A stretch of 64,000 nt of DNA. It comes from Podarcis bocagei (Eukaryota). Location: NCBI GenBank assembly GCA_964188305.1, contig OZ076897.1; one strand, 5' to 3'. Positions 62,106 through 64,000 of the stretch are shown here, piece after piece. The notes below the pieces were generated by a model that was given only the letters and a program-made list of their open reading frames with translations, had not been told where the DNA came from and searched no databases. Each line of letters opens with the position of its first letter. The stretch's first letter is position 1. A program made the translations under genes and the position numbers.

Positions 62106-64000
62106 CTAAAGAAGTGTGGCTAAAAAGCAGTAACTGTAGTGCTTATGACAAAGTAACAGATTAAGATTGCAGCAAATACTGAGTACTTTTCATGCAGAGT
62201 GTGATGAAACACTAGATACAATAAATGGAAGGTCTGTAGGTCAGTGGTAGAGCTATGTTTTGCATACAAGATCATAAAAACATGAGAACATCTGCTTGGT
62301 ATTTTGGAACGTGGTGTCTGTTTGTCGACCTTCTGAGATACCACAGAATTCTCCCACAGCCTGTAAGAGCTTGAGAACTGCCTTGATGGATCCAGCATTC
62401 TGCTTCTCTCAGTAACCAAGCAAAGACTCCTGGAAGTTCCCAATAAGAGCATGCCACTAAGCGCTATGGCTTCCCCCAGGGCCTGCGAAGGTGTACTGCC
62501 TCTGGACATGGAGATTCTTCCACCTGGCTATCATGGCTAAGAGCCACAGAGAGCTCTGTCCCCAATAGGAATCCTTGAGTTTTTCAAGTTATGCTGTTAT
62601 CAGGCAAGAGCTAGCCACTGAAGTCAAGCAATGAAAGATTTTCAACTGCAATAAAGAACAACATAGCAGTAAATCAAGCCTGAGACATGTGGCACAGTCA
62701 CCTTCTGAATTTTTTCATGTTTTGACTGCAATTTGATCCAAGTGTTGTGTTAAAGGATTCTTGGTTTCTAATTTCTCTTCCCAGTAGAACCTTCTGAACC
62801 CCATTTCTGACCTGAGAGTATATATTCTCACCTCAGCTAAGCACATATGTAAGAGATGTCATTTATAATCCTGATAGCTACCTGACTGAACTAAGAAAAT
62901 ATATGGGAAAGGAAATGGAAATGAGGAGAATTCCAGAATCATTCATCAGAAACTGAGCAGGGTAAAGCTATGCTATTCTCATTTGCATGAAGCAAAAATG
63001 GCTGATCTTTATGCCAAGAGAAGGGGGGGGGAAGGTGTAGTAGACAATGAGAGACAAGAACAGGGAAGACTCAAGTTTACCCCCCCCCCCCCAGTCATGA
63101 GGTGCCAGATTGTTTCAGACCGTAATGTATAAACCTGGCTACAGAGCTGGTTCCAGAGTGTTCAGTCCCAGCTCAGCTCTGTGGATTCACATGGAATGGC
63201 CCTGGGCAAGACATTCTCTTGAAGCTTTGGTTCCCCACTTGCGAATGGAAATAATGTTACTTGCCTGGAAGGCAGGCATATGAGTGTAAATGAGACAAAG
63301 AGGGAGAGAAACTCTCCATTCACAGGACAAAAACAATTACAATCTGAAGATTGTTGTGCCAGAATTATGCAAGAGCTCATTTAAGGCCTCTCATCCACAT
63401 CATGTCTTTATCATTCATACCCTTCCCATCTGGTGTTAGCCACTAGGCCACATATTCTCCCTACAGAACCCTTCCTTGCATAACAAGGGCATTGTTTCTG
63501 TTGATCCCAGTTCATAGGACAGTTCAGAGAGTCAGGACTCAAGTCTTGTGATATGAAGGAGAATCCATGACAAAAACACGGCCAGGGACAGAGAGCCAGA
63601 GTCCGAGATGAAGTCTATCGATAGTCCACAGGATGCACCTTTTTTCTGGTGTCAGAGTTTTGATGGTCTTGGGAGGAGAAGGGTTAGCACAAAATACTAA
63701 AGCTTTGGAAAGCAATCCATATTCATTCCAAATGTATAAGAGGCTGCACTGTTACCAGCAACCTATTTCAACTCTTCTTTCAGAGAAGCATGGGAAATAG
63801 AAAACAAAGATGAAGAAAAGGATAAAGCCCAGTGCTGTATATCTCAATCAAATTAATGCAAAGCTAATTAATATGCATTTTAAAACAAAAACCAAGACCC
63901 TGAATCCTACCTAAATTTAAATTAAGCACCAGTTTGGCTTTTTTCAGTTCCAAGGTGATATAGTCTCCTTGCTGGCCTTCCCCATGGAAGATTACACCTT

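Noticed and set aside
61700-64000. Search for the upstream CNTNAP2 exon (WADVINFDG...LSLNL)
   Set aside because: No matching frame was seen; the exon is presumably beyond the window end.

Overview
Vertebrate (squamate lizard) genomic DNA, not prokaryotic. The lineage call rests on Sauria/Squam SINEs, BovB, CR1, L2 and squamate-type MITEs. The only host coding sequences I can support are three consecutive minus-strand exons of CNTNAP2 (Caspr2), equivalent to human exons 6, 7 and 8: 61494-61678 (185 bp), 59996-60139 (144 bp) and 55720-55984 (265 bp). All have AG/GT ends and splice in frame. I found no further exon, so 1-55719 appears to be one very long intron, about 55.7 kb visible. That intron holds a dense transposon record. 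It includes a young 3.4-kb CR1 with almost intact ORF2, two BovB fragments, L2 fragments, tRNA-derived SINEs, TA-flanked Tc1/mariner-type MITEs and several hAT elements with perfect 8-bp target-site duplications (TSDs). There is also a 200-N assembly gap. The most unusual observations are four. (1) A complete 2.06-kb L1-like non-autonomous retroelement with an 18-bp TSD, a CpG-rich 5' end and a single 205-aa ORF of no recognisable family. (2) Two mutually related, decayed Myb/SANT (trihelix)-like coding fossils at about 24.3-24.75 and 26.3-26.56 kb, with a palindrome cluster between them. (3) A MITE family carrying an expandable 24-bp minisatellite, with two inverted copies flanking CNTNAP2 exon 8. 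(4) A 944-bp hAT element that imports a CpG-island/G4 segment. I see no convincing wholly new multi-gene system. Family names were assigned from memory of consensus features, without database searches.
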